This document shows, one piece after another, positions 47,042 to 56,960 of a DNA stretch of 64,000 nt; position 1 is the first letter of the stretch, and every line of letters starts with the position of its first letter. Source of the DNA: an archaeon (GTDB lineage: Archaea; SpSt-1190; DYHY01); assembly GCA_043803745.1 (NCBI GenBank), contig JAZDJS010000019.1, positions 1 through 64,000 of the forward strand, given 5' to 3'. The translations under genes and the position numbers were made by a program. A model generated the notes under the pieces. It was not told the DNA's origin. It made no database searches and saw only the letters and a program-made list of their open reading frames with translations.

Positions 47042-49043
47042 TCAGGGTTTGTATGCTTCGATTGTTATGAAAATGGGTTCAAGCCCCGGAAGCGGGAATT
47101 CCCTCGTCAGGAATCCTTCCGCGCGGGCGGCTTCCAGGAATTCCGCGAGCGAGACGGGCCCGTTGCTCTTGACCCCGTCGGTTCCGGGAGGTATTTGTGT
47201 TCTTGAGAATACGAAAAGCTTCCTCCCTGCGTGGTTGGCTTGCTTCAGGAAAGAATCGCCGCCGGGGGAAATGAACCCTTCCGCGCGGGCGGCTTCCAGG
47301 AATTCCGCGAGCGAGATGGGCCCGTTGCTCTGTCTGATTCGGGGAGGCGCCCGCACGCTTGAGGAGGTGGAAAGCTGCCCTTCCGGTCCGTTAAGGACAG
47401 CTGAGTAGTTGGTCTGCCTCAGGAAAGCGTTATCCCCTTGGGAGAAGTGCGAAATCGCCACGCCCGCCCTGCAATCCGAAAAGTATATCCTGCCGGAAAA
47501 TTCTTGCAGGAAGGAATCGAGCCTGGAGTAGTCCTCCTCGCTCAGGACCAGCCTTTCGACGCTTTGCGGATAGTTCATGAGGAACTGCATTGTTGCGAGG
47601 AAATATGCAAGAACGACGAGTCCCTTCATCCTTTCGGAGAGGCGTATTCCGGTCGAGATTGAGAGAACCGCTCCGGCAAGGAGAAGGAAGAGCGGGCTGA
47701 ACGCGAGCAGGTCGTTTTTCTGCGGGATGTCGTAGCTTATTGAGGAGAGCGCAAACATCAGGAGGAACAGAATTATGAAGAAAAGGGGCGCCCTTTCTGC
47801 CCCGGGAAACTTCTTTCCAGGTGGACGCACCAGGAGGATTGCCGCGGCAAGGAGCGCCAGAAGCAGGAAAATTTGGGCTAGCGCATTGCTCGCCCCCGAG
47901 AGGGCGGAGAGGTTCTCGATTCGAGCAAGGAAATTCCCGATTGAAAAGGCGGAGAACTCCTGGCTGCCGTGTTTAATGACGTAAAGGATGAAGCGCACGG
48001 TCGATATTTCGAATGCGGCAATGTTGTAGACGAAGAAGGGAAGGCTACCGAGAACGACGAAGCAGGCAGTCCGGAGGAAAGTGGACAGCTTGATTCCTGG
48101 AAATCCGAACGCGACCAGATGCGCGGCTCCGAAGGAGGCAAGGAAGGTGAGGGAAAAAAATCTTGTTCTGGATTCCTATCCCGGCGACTATTGAGAGAAG
48201 CACAAGCAGGCGGATCCCGCCTTCCTTCCTGAACTTGAGGAAAAGCCAGGCGAAGGTTGCTATGAGAAAGCTTTGCATCGAGGATTCCTTCACTAATATG
48301 CGCACAAACGGGAAAAGGAAGGTTATTCCGGAGACCCCGAGAATCACCTCCGCGGTTCCCTGGCCGAACGCCTCCTTGCAAGCCTTGAAGATGAAGAAAA
48401 CGCAGAGAGCTGAGAGGATTGCCGCATAGATGTTGTATGCTGAAACGTCCTTGCCGGAAATATTCGAGATTGTGTTGAGGAAAATCGAGAAAAAGGGCCC
48501 GACCCGGGGTTCGCTCCCATGCCATGCCCCCATGAAGCAGGCGGCCGGTCTTCCCCCTGCAAGGGAAAGCCACCAGAAAAATTCGCTGTCAAGGGCCTCC
48601 TTGAGGTTCTCCCTGAGTGAAAGGATGAAAACCGCGGCAAGGATCAGCTTGGCGTAATTCCGCGATATGAGCCGCGTAAGCGGGGGGATGAAGAGAATCG
48701 CGGCAGCTCCGGCGGAAAGGATTGCCGCCGCAAGGGCGACCGCTGCGTTCGGGGGGAATGTGCCGGCCGAAAGAAGCCCTTCAGAAAGGGAGATTATTTC
48801 GGGGAGGTAGAAAAACAGGATGCTGGCGGTAACGGCAATTCCCAATAGTTTCCCGGGCTCGGCGGGCTTCTTGCCCCTCCGCGCAGCCACAAAGGGGCAG
48901 ACGAAAAGTGCGCCGATGAAGGCCAGGAAGATGAAAGCATAGCCCCTGATTAAAAACCAGTTTCTTCTCGGGAAGGTGTACATTATCAATAACAGGGCAA
49001 GTATTGAAGCAAGAATGCGCAGCGCCTTTCCTATCTCCGCCAA
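47042..49043 (-). CDS. GT-C/ArnT-like membrane protein, split by a 1-nt insertion at about 48151-48160
   Basis: Paralog of 57808 (EPRVGPFF, GIGIQNKIFF, PFFVYN); the frames join if one base is removed from the T7C3 tract. Confidence 0.7.
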
Positions 49044-49104
49044 ATAGTATCTTGAGCGCACTGAGGGGAATGTATTAATATGTTTATTGCCAAGATTCCC
49101 GCAG

Positions 49105-49653
49105 ATGGAGAAAACATCGATACGGATGAGGCTCCTCGTCGGAGGGGCGATTGACGGCTGCCTCACCGCGACGGGCGTCGCCTTCGGAGCGGCTTTCGCG
49201 ACGGCGGACACGAAGCTCGTCATAATCGCGATCCTCTCCGCCGCATTCTCGAACATTGTCGCGTCAACCTTCGCAACAGTCACGGGCCAGCTCGCGGAAG
49301 CGGCTTCCTGGACGAAAACCCTCGGGGAGAAGATGCGAATGCGGAAAGATGCCGTTGAAACCCTCGGGGTCGTCAGGGAGTTCCGGGAGGAGGCAAAGAC
49401 GAACTGGCTTGTCGAGGGGGCGGGAATCGTCGCCGGATCCGCTCTGCCCGCGCTTCCGTTCTTCTTCCTTCCCACGATGACTGCGATAGTTTTCTGCGGG
49501 GCGATTTCCGCGGTAATCCTTTTCGTCGTCGGGGCTCTTATCGGTTGGCTCCGGAAGGAAAACTTGTTAAAGTACGGTCTTATTGTCGTTGTGGTCGGTC
49601 TCGTGACCGCGGCGATAACAAGGTCAATTGAACTGATTGTGGAGTTGATTTGA
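49105..49653 (+). CDS. VIT1/CCC1 family transporter
   Basis: GAIDGCLTATGV, GSALPALPF. Confidence 0.8.
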   Translation: MEKTSIRMRLLVGGAIDGCLTATGVAFGAAFATADTKLVIIAILSAAFSNIVASTFATVTGQLAEAASWTKTLGEKMRMRKDAVETLGVVREFREEAKTNWLVEGAGIVAGSALPALPFFFLPTMTAIVFCGAISAVILFVVGALIGWLRKENLLKYGLIVVVVGLVTAAITRSIELIVELI

Positions 49654-49657
49654 GAGA

Positions 49658-50146
49658 ATGGCAAACCATTTTGTAATCTGCGGATGCGGAAGGGTGGGGG
49701 AACGGCTTGCGACTACCTTGACTGCTCATGGCGAGAACGTGACAATCATCGAACGGGACCATGCGGTTGTGGAGACGGAAATGAAGAATCCCCGGTTCGA
49801 AATACTCGAGGGGGATCCCAGGAATCCCGTCGTCCTCCAGGCCGCGGGAATCGAAACTGCGAAATGGATTGCTTCGGTCACTGCCGATGACAAGACCAAC
49901 ATGATTGTCTGCACCCTTGCGAAGAAGCTGAACAAGAGCATCAAGGTTGCGGTCCGCGTTAGTTCCCAGGAGGACCTTGACGTTTTCATGAAGCTCGGAG
50001 TCGACCTCATGGTCTTCCCGGAAATAGTTGCGGGGATCCAGCTTGCCGAAGCAATCCTTGAGAAGGCAACTCCCGAACACCTTGCAACTGTCGCAAGCCA
50101 GGACGAGGTCAACAAGAAGCACGACAAGCTTCTGAAATTCTTCTGA
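49658..50146 (+). CDS. trkA: TrkA-N (RCK) domain protein
   Basis: ICGCGRVG, GDP....L..AGI, DKTN, VFPE. Confidence 0.82.
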   Translation: MANHFVICGCGRVGERLATTLTAHGENVTIIERDHAVVETEMKNPRFEILEGDPRNPVVLQAAGIETAKWIASVTADDKTNMIVCTLAKKLNKSIKVAVRVSSQEDLDVFMKLGVDLMVFPEIVAGIQLAEAILEKATPEHLATVASQDEVNKKHDKLLKFF

Positions 50147-50147
50147 G

Positions 50148-50732
50148 TCATGAGGGGGGGAAGAAAAGGTGCTCGATCAGGACCTTTGCTCCTATTCCCA
50201 TTAGGACGACTCCTCCCGCAAGCCCGGCCTTTTCCTTCAGGCGTTTCCCGAACATGTGCCCGAAATACGCGCCGGAAAGCGTGATTGCGAAATTCGTTGC
50301 GGCTATTATCGCTGCGGACAGGACTATTGGAAGCCCAAGGAACGCTATTGTCATCCCGATTGCAAGCGCGTCAATGCTCGTAGCGACGGCGAGCGAAAGG
50401 TATTCGGCTAGCGAGAATCCTGAAGTTTTTCCCAACTTAGCTGTCCCTGGAGCGGAGTCGAGCGCCATCTTCCCCCCGACAACGGAAAGGAGGATGAACG
50501 CAATCCAATGGTCGATGTTCGCGACAACTTGTTTAGCGGAAACTCCCGCGAAATATCCGAGCAAGGGCATGAAGAAATGGAATGCCGAAAAGAGGGCGGC
50601 GGGGAAGATGGAGGTCGCGAGCACGCCTCTGCCCTTTTGCAGTCTGGTCCCGAGGGCTGCTGCAACAGAGAAGGTGTCGAGGGAAAGGGCAACCCCTATC
50701 AGGAAAACCGTCACAGCATACTCAATTGCCAA
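50148..50732 (-). CDS. mntP: Manganese efflux pump MntP
   Basis: ALSLDTFSVA, FMPLLG, DHWIAF, ATSIDALAIG; TTG start. Confidence 0.9.
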   Translation of the reverse strand: MAIEYAVTVFLIGVALSLDTFSVAAALGTRLQKGRGVLATSIFPAALFSAFHFFMPLLGYFAGVSAKQVVANIDHWIAFILLSVVGGKMALDSAPGTAKLGKTSGFSLAEYLSLAVATSIDALAIGMTIAFLGLPIVLSAAIIAATNFAITLSGAYFGHMFGKRLKEKAGLAGGVVLMGIGAKVLIEHLFFPPS

Positions 50733-52428
50733 TTTCCGAATCCTCCGGAATCCCCAAAAAGTCCGCCAGCTTTTTGACCGAATCCCCCTCGGAGATGAAT
50801 TCTGAGATTCTCCTGACCGGCCTTTTCGCAAGCAGCTTCACGATGTTCCGCTTCCCTATTCCCGGAAGCAGCTCGAGGATTTCCCTCGGGGCGGAATTGA
50901 TGTCAACCCCCTTCGGAACGCCGGTTACGGAACGCTTTCCCCAGTCGACTATTCTTACGTCAAGGGTCGCGCCAATCGGGATTTCCGCGGGGATTCCGAC
51001 AAGGAGCGGATATGAACCGAGTGGCCTCGCGAAGGTTATCTTTCTTTCCTGGTATTCGACGTGCACCTGCGGGATTTCCGTTCCGGCCGGCGCAACGCGC
51101 CTGAGCATCGCCCGGTCGATATTTTCACGGACCTTGAACTTGAAGGAGGCGAACTCGCGGGAATGCTTGACAACGAGCTTGCTCCCGAACTTGCCCATCC
51201 TTGTCCCGGGGAGGGGCATCACCTGCCTCAGGTTTATCCTCCTGACGACTAGCCCCTGTTTGACGAGGTTTTCAAGGAAACGGTAGTTTATCTTGAACGA
51301 TTCCTTCGTCTCGCCTTTCAGGCCGCCGATGAAATTCAGGCCCGGGAGGAGCTTGGGGAGGCTTTTTCCTTCGCGCCATCCGCCGGCTTCGTTGACGAGC
51401 CTCACTGCAAAGAGCGCCTCTTCAGAGTCAACCTTGAGGTTGTTTTCCCTGATTACGATCGGGTCGAGGTTTTCGAGCCCGAACGCCGCGATATCCCCCG
51501 GCGTGTCGTATTTCGCTATTGTCGAGGCAACTTTCCGCGATTCTTCCGGATGGAGGAAAATCGTCTTCGGGTTCACGTTGTCAATGTGCAGGACTGTCAG
51601 GTTCGGGGCAGCGCGCCGTATTCCCGAGAATAGCGCCTCGATTGCCTCGGGATTCGGCCTGGGATATTCCTGCCTTCCCGCGCCCTCCCCCATGTATGCG
51701 AAGAGGTCCGGCTGGTCGCCGATGCGGAAGGCGTGGACTCCGAGCTTGGCAAGCGCGGCAACCTCGGCAACTATCCCCTCGACCGGCCTGAAGTCGGGGG
51801 GGCCTTTCCCCATCTCGGAGCAGAAGGAGCAGAACCCTGAAACGAATCGCGGGCAGCCCCGATAGGATTCGATTTCGGCAAGGAGATAGCCGGTGTTCAT
51901 CTGCCCGATTATCGCGGCGCCCCTTCTTGCGAATTCCTGGAGCTCGGGCGAGCTTCGGGAAATTTTCTCTAGTCCCGTTGCGCTGCCATCGCGGACGAGC
52001 TTGTGGACAACCGCCTCGTCATCTCCCTTGCAGATTATGTCAAACGGTTCCCTGACAATTTCGGTGGTTTTCCCGCCCTCGCTTCCGAAGCCGAACCTTG
52101 CGGCGGGGCCGGAGAGGACCCGGAACTTCACGTGCCTCAGTGCTTTTGCAATCCCGATGATTTCCCCGGCAGTCGCGATCTCGCCCCCCACGTATTTTCC
52201 GGGAACGGTCATCCCGACTATGAAGACCGCGATCTCGAACTTCCCGTCGATGTCCTGGATTTTCGTCCGACCGCTCCTGAAATCGTCGATTGTCCTGTAA
52301 ACGACCCGCGCCTTTCCGTCAGCGGACCAGACTGCGCCCGCGATATAGCGGGGATATTTCCCGATGTAGGGGGGGACGTTGAAGCATGTAGGCTCGTCGG
52401 AATAGCCGTTGACAATTAGGACGTCCAT
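50722..52428 (-). CDS. Radical SAM protein with TRAM and HhH domains
   Basis: GYSDEP, RGCPRFVSGFCSFC, HIDNVNP, RPLGSYP, LPGIG. Confidence 0.9.
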   Translation of the reverse strand: MDVLIVNGYSDEPTCFNVPPYIGKYPRYIAGAVWSADGKARVVYRTIDDFRSGRTKIQDIDGKFEIAVFIVGMTVPGKYVGGEIATAGEIIGIAKALRHVKFRVLSGPAARFGFGSEGGKTTEIVREPFDIICKGDDEAVVHKLVRDGSATGLEKISRSSPELQEFARRGAAIIGQMNTGYLLAEIESYRGCPRFVSGFCSFCSEMGKGPPDFRPVEGIVAEVAALAKLGVHAFRIGDQPDLFAYMGEGAGRQEYPRPNPEAIEALFSGIRRAAPNLTVLHIDNVNPKTIFLHPEESRKVASTIAKYDTPGDIAAFGLENLDPIVIRENNLKVDSEEALFAVRLVNEAGGWREGKSLPKLLPGLNFIGGLKGETKESFKINYRFLENLVKQGLVVRRINLRQVMPLPGTRMGKFGSKLVVKHSREFASFKFKVRENIDRAMLRRVAPAGTEIPQVHVEYQERKITFARPLGSYPLLVGIPAEIPIGATLDVRIVDWGKRSVTGVPKGVDINSAPREILELLPGIGKRNIVKLLAKRPVRRISEFISEGDSVKKLADFLGIPEDSEIGN

Positions 52429-52502
52429 TAGCTGCGCTTTGGCGGAACCCAATAAAAAGACGTACGGTTCCGGCCCAAATAGCAATTTTTTTTAACCGGG
52501 GC

Positions 52503-54320
52503 GTGGGCGCGAAGGGAATGGCAATGAAAGCTGTCGGGGACCGGAAAGAGCTGATAGGGCTCTATCTAGCTTTCTTCAGGGACCGGAGAGCGCACAGGGT
52601 CTGCCAGAACGTTCCGCTCGTTCCCCAGAACGACCCGACAGTCCTTTTCACAACCGCTGGAATGCATCCGCTCGTCCCGTTCCTCCTCGGGCAGCCGCAT
52701 CCGCTCGGGAAGCGCCTCGCCAACGTCCAGAAATGCATAAGGACTACTGACATTGACAACGTCGGGGACAGCACGCACCTGACCTTCTTCGAAATGCTCG
52801 GGAACTGGTCCCTCGGGGATTATTTCAAGAAGGACGCAATAGAATACAGCTTCGACTTCCTGACCAAGTCCCTGGGGATCCCAGTTGAAATGCTTTCCGT
52901 GACCTGCTTCTCCGGCGATTCGGACGCGCCAAGGGATTTGGAGGCTTCCGGAATATGGGAGAAAGTGGGAATTCCAAAGGAGAAGATAGCTTTCCTTCCG
53001 AAGGAGGACAACTGGTGGGGACCTGCCGGAAAATCCGGACCCTGCGGACCTGACACCGAGATGTTCTGCTGGGTCGGGTCTGGCGCTCCGCCGGAGGAGG
53101 CGAGCGCAACCGACCGCTCTGGCTGGATGGAAATCTGGAACGACGTTTTCATGCAGTTCAACAAGTCCGAGGACGGCTCATTTTCCGAGCTTGCCCAGAA
53201 GAACGTTGATACCGGAATGGGTGTTGAGCGCACTCTTGCGATTCTCCAGGGGAAGACGGACGTTTTCCTTACGGGCTGCTTCTCCCCGATAATCGGAAAA
53301 CTTGAGGAGCTTTCCGGAAGGATGTATTCGGAGGGCGGGGAAACGCAAAAGGCAATGCGGATTGTCTCGGACCACGTCAAGGCGGCCGTCTTCATTCTTT
53401 CCGAACGCGCTGTTCCCGGGCGGATTGGGAGAGGTTACGTTCTCCGGCGGATAATCCGGCGGGCGATAAGGTATGCGCGGAACCTCGGGATCGGCAGCAG
53501 GTTCGCCAGGAAGGTTGCCGAAACGGTTTACCCGATTTATTCGGATTACGAATATCTTGCGGAAAACAGGGAATTTGCCATGAAGGAGCTTGAGGAGGAG
53601 GAAGAGCGGTTCTCCTCCGTAATTGAGCAGGGCATGAAATACTTCGAGAAGGTGAAACGCGAGTCTTTGGACAGGAAAATAGACGGGAAGACCGCTTTCC
53701 TCCTTTACCAGTCGTTCGGCTTTCCGATTGAAATAACCGAGGAGCTTGCGAAAGAGTCCGGGCTTTCCGTCGATTTGGCTGGCTATGAGGCTGAGGCTTC
53801 CCGCCATCAGGAGCTTTCGAGGACCGCGAGCGCGGGGGCGTTCAAGGCAGGTCTTGCCGACAGCTCAGCCGAGACAACCCGGCTCCACACCGCAACGCAT
53901 CTCCTTCTGGCAGCCCTGAGAAACGTCCTGGGAAACCAGGTTGAGCAGAGGGGAAGCAACATCACTCCCGAGCGCCTGAGGTTCGACTTTTCCCATGGCG
54001 AAAAGCTCTCCGCAGACCAGCTGAGGAAGGTCGAGGAAATTGTCAACGGGAATATCTCTGCCGCGCTTGAGGTAAGGCGGGAGGAAATGCATCCTTCCGA
54101 GGCATTGGCATCGGGCGCGATCGGGATTTTCGGGGAGAAATACGGGGAGATTGTCTCCGTTTACTCGGTTGTCGGAAAGGACGGCTCGTTTGCAAGCAGG
54201 GAAATTTGCTCGGGTCCGCACGTTTCGAACGCTGGCGAGCTCGGAAAATTCAGGATTGCGAAGGAAGAGGCTTGCGCGAAAGGCATCAGGCGGATAAAGG
54301 CGGTTTTGGGGCCCAAGTGA
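52503..54320 (+). CDS. alaS: Alanyl-tRNA synthetase lacking the C-Ala domain
   Basis: LFTTAGMHP, FEMLGNWS, DTGMG.ER, HTATH, CSGPH; ends right after GIRRIKAV. Confidence 0.95.
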   Translation: MGAKGMAMKAVGDRKELIGLYLAFFRDRRAHRVCQNVPLVPQNDPTVLFTTAGMHPLVPFLLGQPHPLGKRLANVQKCIRTTDIDNVGDSTHLTFFEMLGNWSLGDYFKKDAIEYSFDFLTKSLGIPVEMLSVTCFSGDSDAPRDLEASGIWEKVGIPKEKIAFLPKEDNWWGPAGKSGPCGPDTEMFCWVGSGAPPEEASATDRSGWMEIWNDVFMQFNKSEDGSFSELAQKNVDTGMGVERTLAILQGKTDVFLTGCFSPIIGKLEELSGRMYSEGGETQKAMRIVSDHVKAAVFILSERAVPGRIGRGYVLRRIIRRAIRYARNLGIGSRFARKVAETVYPIYSDYEYLAENREFAMKELEEEEERFSSVIEQGMKYFEKVKRESLDRKIDGKTAFLLYQSFGFPIEITEELAKESGLSVDLAGYEAEASRHQELSRTASAGAFKAGLADSSAETTRLHTATHLLLAALRNVLGNQVEQRGSNITPERLRFDFSHGEKLSADQLRKVEEIVNGNISAALEVRREEMHPSEALASGAIGIFGEKYGEIVSVYSVVGKDGSFASREICSGPHVSNAGELGKFRIAKEEACAKGIRRIKAVLGPK

Positions 54321-54357
54321 CATTTCGTTTTTAAACCGCTGGACCGGGGGGCTTCCC

Positions 54358-54718
54358 GCCGAAGGAAGGAAGCGGGCCGCCGGTGTCGAGAGCTTAGACT
54401 CGAGATGCTGAGGAAGGTCCCTCCACCCGTAAAATGCGAGGTTAACGGCCTGTCAGGGAAACCTGACGAAAGGGAACAGAAAAGAATTCCGAAAAGCGGA
54501 GCAATGAAGCCCTCTGAGCGTCGAAGCTTTCCGGAAATGAAACATACTCTTTCCGCAGGGTGCAACTCTCGTTAGAGGGGCGCTGGAGTGAAATCCAGTT
54601 CTTCCTGGGGACGCAAGTCCTCTACGGAAGAAAGTCGAATGCCTGCAATCCGGATGTGCGCTCAGAAAGCGCGCGACAAAGAACGGAGAAACACAAGGGG
54701 GACTAATCCTCCTTCGGC
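54358..54718 (+). ncRNA. rnpB: RNase P RNA
   Basis: P1 GCCGAAGGAAGGA/TCCTCCTTCGGC; CR-I GAGGAAGGTCCCTCC pairing with CR-V ACACAAGGGGGACTA (P4 with bulged U); ACAGAAA; GGTGCAA; TTTTAAA box upstream. Confidence 0.88.
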
Positions 54719-54760
54719 ACCTGCCCATTTTCCTAGATTAAGTTTAGGCAGGCGCCTGCA

Positions 54761-54827
54761 GATTTCGCTGATGCTCAACCTTCGGCCCTTCGCATTCTGC
54801 TCGGACCTCGGATTTCGCTGATGCTCA
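54761..54827. repeat. 17-bp direct repeat flanking a 33-bp insert
   Basis: GATTTCGCTGATGCTCA at 54761-54777 and 54811-54827. Confidence 0.85.
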
Positions 54828-55535
54828 TCCGAATCCTTCGAAGAAAATCCTCTTCTTGGAGATTTTCATCTTCTTGGAAAGGATCGCGACAATGTCCTTC
54901 ACAAAAATGTCCGAGCCGCAGACGAAGAAAAAGCCCCTTTCCGCCTCTTCAGGGAGGATTGCTGCACTGAGCTTCTCGGAATCAAGCCGCCCGGTCGGGC
55001 CCCGATAGCCCCTTCCGGTCTTTCCGGTCAGGGTCGTGAAAAGGCGTAGCTTCTTCATTTTCTTCAGCTCCGGAAGGAAGGGAACATCCTCATAGTCCCG
55101 CTCGCTATAGACGAACGTTGTCGCGCCTATCGGGAACTTTTCCCTGGCAATTGCCCTTATCGCGCTGGTGAACCCGGCGGATCCGATTCCTCCGGCAATG
55201 AAAACGACCTTCTTTCCGGCAAACTTCTTCCCGTCGAAAACGAACTTCCCGAGGGGGCCAATTCCGGCTATCCTTCCGCCCTTTTTTATTTTCCAGAGAA
55301 GCTCCGTGAACTCTCCCTTGAGCCGGAAAGTCACCTGGATTTCCCTTTCCCCCGGCGGGCTTGCGATTGTATATGATCTGCAGAGTCCCAGCGGCTTTCC
55401 GTTCGCCGGAAGATAGAGGTTGAGGAATTGGCCTGGCAGGAAATTGATTCTCCTTTCCGGCACAAGAAAGAGTGTTTTGCACGTTTTCGTCTCGCGCTTG
55501 ACCCTTGCTACCGTGAAGTTCTGGAGGCGCGCCAT
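54825..55535 (-). CDS. FAD/NAD(P)-binding oxidoreductase (FNR-like)
   Basis: FLPGQF, RSYTIAS, GPLGKF, IAGGIG, VCG, FEGF. Confidence 0.9.
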   Translation of the reverse strand: MARLQNFTVARVKRETKTCKTLFLVPERRINFLPGQFLNLYLPANGKPLGLCRSYTIASPPGEREIQVTFRLKGEFTELLWKIKKGGRIAGIGPLGKFVFDGKKFAGKKVVFIAGGIGSAGFTSAIRAIAREKFPIGATTFVYSERDYEDVPFLPELKKMKKLRLFTTLTGKTGRGYRGPTGRLDSEKLSAAILPEEAERGFFFVCGSDIFVKDIVAILSKKMKISKKRIFFEGFG

Positions 55536-55595
55536 TTTCCGTTGGGCATCCTAAGGGAACTGTTTAAAAAAGTCGCTTCCTTCCGGAGGTCGAAA

Positions 55596-56954
55596 ATGCG
55601 CGGAAAGCTCCTTCTGGTGAGGCCGAAGCTTGATTACTTGAGGAAGGGGCGCTTCAATTCGGTTTCCTCAAGGCCTCCGATGAACCTCTTCTATATCGGG
55701 GCGTTCCTCGAGGAAAGGGGGCATTCGGTCGAGGTTGTTGATTATGAGTTTGAACGGTTTTCCCCGGAAATTTTCAGGAAGAAACTTGCGGAGTTCCGTC
55801 CAGATTTCGTCGGGGTTGGGATTGGCAGCTCCTCGGAAATGTCGTCAGCCGAGCTTTGCGGGATTGCAAAGGGGCTCGGAATCCCGTCAATTGCCGGGGG
55901 GGCGTATGCAACGACTTGCCCTGAGCGGGTGATGGACGTGACGGGCGCTGACTATTGCATCGTCGGGGAAGCTGAAGGTCTCTTGGACGGGCTCCTTTCT
56001 TCGTCGGGACCGAAGGGAAAGGGGATTTTCAGAGAAGCCGTCCTTCCGAAAAATCTTGACCGGTTCGGCTTTCCGGACCGTTCCCGCGCTGAATTCCAAA
56101 AGTATTCCTCCTGCTTTTCGGCGGGAATACCGAAAAAGACTGCGTTCATAACGGCTTCCCGGGGTTGTCCTTACTCCTGCACGTTCTGCATTTCCCCGGT
56201 GATACATGGGAAATCCTGGCGCGCAAGGAGCGTCGATTCCGTCATCTCGGAAATCGAGAATTGCGTTTCCGCCGGTTACCGGCACGTCCAGTTCGACGAC
56301 GACATATTCGGTTTGTCCCGGAAATGGTTCCTGGATTTCTGCGGAAATATGAGGAAAACCGGCCTTGCGGGGAAGGTCAGCTGGGATTTTTCGACAAGGG
56401 CCGACCTTTTCGATGATGACCTTGCGCTGGCTGCGAAAAGTTCCGGCTGCGTGAAGGTCTGCATCGGGGTCGAGTCCGGGAGCCGACGGATTCTCTCTGG
56501 ACTGCGGAAGGGGATAACTCCCGGAACGGTCAGGCGCGCCTTTTCGCTTGCGAAAGAGTCCGGGCTTATGACTGAAATGTTTCTCATTGTCGGGAATATC
56601 GGGGAAACCCGAAAGGATCTGGAGGCAACTGAAAAGCTTCTCTTCGAAATAGATCCGGATCTTCCGGTGATAAACGTCTTCTCGCCCCTCCCGGGAACCG
56701 CCGAACACGTCCGGGCTGTCAAAGGAGGTTTCCTGCGGGGAGCTGCGGAGCCCCTCCGCGGTTTCTTCTCAAATGAATATTCCCTTTCAGGCCAGCATCT
56801 TTCCGGGAAAGAGGTGATTTCCTTCCGGGATTCCCTTTGCAGGAAATTTTACCTGAGGCCTTCCTATATCTTCAGGCGGGCTGCTGCGATAAGGTCATTC
56901 GGGGATTTGGAATACAATCTTGGGGCGGCGCTGTCCGTCCTCGGCTTGAGGTGA
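55596..56954 (+). CDS. B12-binding radical SAM protein
   Basis: GGAYAT, GEAE, SRGCPYSCTFC, FDDD, GVESGS, PLPGT. Confidence 0.92.
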   Translation: MRGKLLLVRPKLDYLRKGRFNSVSSRPPMNLFYIGAFLEERGHSVEVVDYEFERFSPEIFRKKLAEFRPDFVGVGIGSSSEMSSAELCGIAKGLGIPSIAGGAYATTCPERVMDVTGADYCIVGEAEGLLDGLLSSSGPKGKGIFREAVLPKNLDRFGFPDRSRAEFQKYSSCFSAGIPKKTAFITASRGCPYSCTFCISPVIHGKSWRARSVDSVISEIENCVSAGYRHVQFDDDIFGLSRKWFLDFCGNMRKTGLAGKVSWDFSTRADLFDDDLALAAKSSGCVKVCIGVESGSRRILSGLRKGITPGTVRRAFSLAKESGLMTEMFLIVGNIGETRKDLEATEKLLFEIDPDLPVINVFSPLPGTAEHVRAVKGGFLRGAAEPLRGFFSNEYSLSGQHLSGKEVISFRDSLCRKFYLRPSYIFRRAAAIRSFGDLEYNLGAALSVLGLR

Positions 56955-56960
56955 CTTGAA

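Noticed and set aside
49044-49664. N-terminal part of the 539-aa minus-strand ORF
   Set aside because: It is antisense to the VIT1 gene; the likely start is the TTG at 49043.
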